From assembly GCF_003334785.1 (NCBI RefSeq), contig NZ_QOWV01000002.1: a DNA stretch of 64,000 nucleotides. One strand, written 5' to 3'. This document shows, piece by piece, positions 62,538-64,000 of this stretch. Both the position numbers and the translations under genes were made by a program. This stretch comes from Escherichia coli (GTDB lineage: Bacteria; Pseudomonadota; Gammaproteobacteria; Enterobacterales; Enterobacteriaceae). The notes beneath the pieces were generated by a model. That model made no database searches. It had not been told where the DNA came from and saw nothing but the letters and a program-made list of their open reading frames with translations. Position 1 is the first letter of the stretch, and each line of letters opens with the position of its first letter.

Positions 62538-62813
62538 CTATCGCACAGGATGAATAAGATAATTCGCCTTTGTCGGAAAAGGGGGCGGCATTTCTTCTGT
62601 GAGGTTTAATGGTGGCGCATCTTCTCTCATCTTAAACAAAATCGCCTGTGATGGCTGAAGTTTTGTAGAGTGTGTGGTCGTCATCGCTGATGTTTTTTCA
62701 GTCTCTTTATAGCTCCTCTCACTTCCACCACCCGAAATGGAAAATGCAAAAACATTGCATGCCATAATAGAGACCAATAAAAATAAGCTGAAAAGTATTA
62801 AGTTTACTTTCAT
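62538..62813 (-). CDS. ypdI: Small putative lipoprotein YpdI
   Basis: 91-aa ORF with signal peptide and Cys (LVSIMAC). Confidence 0.8.
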   Translation of the reverse strand: MKVNLILFSLFLLVSIMACNVFAFSISGGGSERSYKETEKTSAMTTTHSTKLQPSQAILFKMREDAPPLNLTEEMPPPFPTKANYLIHPVR

Positions 62814-63108
62814 AGAAAGTTATCCTGAAAATGGTTCACTGAGAACCTACGATGTTATGGCTGTATTTACATTTAATTAATCAGTATTTACATCGATATA
62901 ATAAATGACATCTCTTTGTGGTATATAAGAATAGTTCTCTGCGACAGGAAGCATATTCCTACAATTGTAAGACTAAAATACTTCTTGCGATAATAACTAC
63001 AACTGTAAGATAACCCTTTCAAAATGACCGTTGCTCTCTGATTTCTCATTTCATGCTCACCCAATATGATGGCGGCGTTTTCTAAAACTGTTAAAGAATG
63101 AGGTAAGT

Positions 63109-63744
63109 ATGAAACGTTTAATTATGGCCACGATGGTCACAGCAATTCTGGCATCTTCAACTGTATGGGCTGCTGATAATGCTCCGGTAGCGGCACAACA
63201 GCAAACTCAGCAAGTTCAGCAAACCCAGAAAACGGCAGCGGCAGCAGAGCGTATCTCTGAACAAGGTTTATATGCGATGCGTGACGTGCAGGTAGCGCGC
63301 CTGGCTCTGTTTCATGGCGATCCAGAAAAGGCAAAAGAACTGACCAATGAAGCTTCCGCTTTGCTGTCAGATGACAGTACCGAATGGGCAAAGTTCGCTA
63401 AGCCAGGTAAAAAGACCAATCTCAATGATGACCAATATATTGTCATTAATGCATCTGTCGGAATTTCTGAGAGTTATGTAGCAACTCCCGAAAAAGAAGC
63501 CGCGATAAAAATTGCCAATGAAAAAATGGCGAAAGGGGATAAAAAGGGCGCAATGGAAGAGCTTCGCCTGGCCGGTGTTGGCGTAATGGAAAACCAATAT
63601 CTGATGCCACTTAAACAGACTCGTAATGCACTTGCTGATGCGCAGAAACTGCTTGATAAAAAGCAATACTACGAGGCAAACCTGGCGCTTAAAGGTGCGG
63701 AAGATGGAATCATCGTCGATAGCGAAGCACTGTTTGTGAACTAA
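63109..63744 (+). CDS. yfdX: Periplasmic protein YfdX (EvgA-regulated)
   Basis: 211-aa ORF with signal peptide ([21 protein letters not shown]). Confidence 0.88.
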   Translation: MKRLIMATMVTAILASSTVWAADNAPVAAQQQTQQVQQTQKTAAAAERISEQGLYAMRDVQVARLALFHGDPEKAKELTNEASALLSDDSTEWAKFAKPGKKTNLNDDQYIVINASVGISESYVATPEKEAAIKIANEKMAKGDKKGAMEELRLAGVGVMENQYLMPLKQTRNALADAQKLLDKKQYYEANLALKGAEDGIIVDSEALFVN

Positions 63745-64000
63745 TGCTGACAGGCAGTATATTGAGGTAAAGGATTTAACTCCCTCCAGCCGACAATTTT
63801 TTATGACCACAATACGACAGGTTGTGGTCATAAAATTATTTGGCGCTCGCGGTGCTATAAACTCGCATTTTATATTCCTCAAAGTAAACCGCAATAATCC
63901 CGTGTCATCACAAATCATTTATTATGTTATGTTTTATGGTACGCTTTAAAAAGCGTAATCATACCCTTGCTTGTAAATCACCGGCGCTTCTTACAGTTGT

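Overview
This window is a contiguous, syntenic stretch of Escherichia coli core chromosome, in reverse orientation relative to K-12 MG1655 numbering, and I found no convincing novel system in it. Gene order runs from the 3' end of the ethanolamine operon (eutA'-eutBCLKR) through hemF-amiA, ypeA-yfeZYX, yfeW-murPQ/murR, ucpA, cysPUWAM, yfeS-yfeK, pdxK, crr-ptsI-ptsH, cysK-cysZ, zipA-ligA-ypeB, yfeH/yfeR, yfeN, xapABR, tRNA-Lys/tRNA-Val, gltX, yfeD-yfeC, tRNA-Ala, yfeA, nupC, mntH, ypeC, yfeO, glk, fryBC-ypdFE-fryA, ypdCBA, alaC, ypdK, lpxP, yfdY, ypdI to yfdX. Every substantial ORF is accounted for by a known gene of expected length. I see no transposase, integrase, phage genes, CRISPR array or pseudogene. 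All identifications are from reading the translations and sequence by eye; no database search or computation was run. The hunt produced only modest observations: a small XapX-like membrane ORF missing from the ORF track, a duplicated hairpin flanking a REP pair, fewer tRNA copies than K-12, an AT-rich yfeS-yfeK islet, and a few unexplained inverted repeats. Long antisense ORFs in the track are treated as shadow ORFs.
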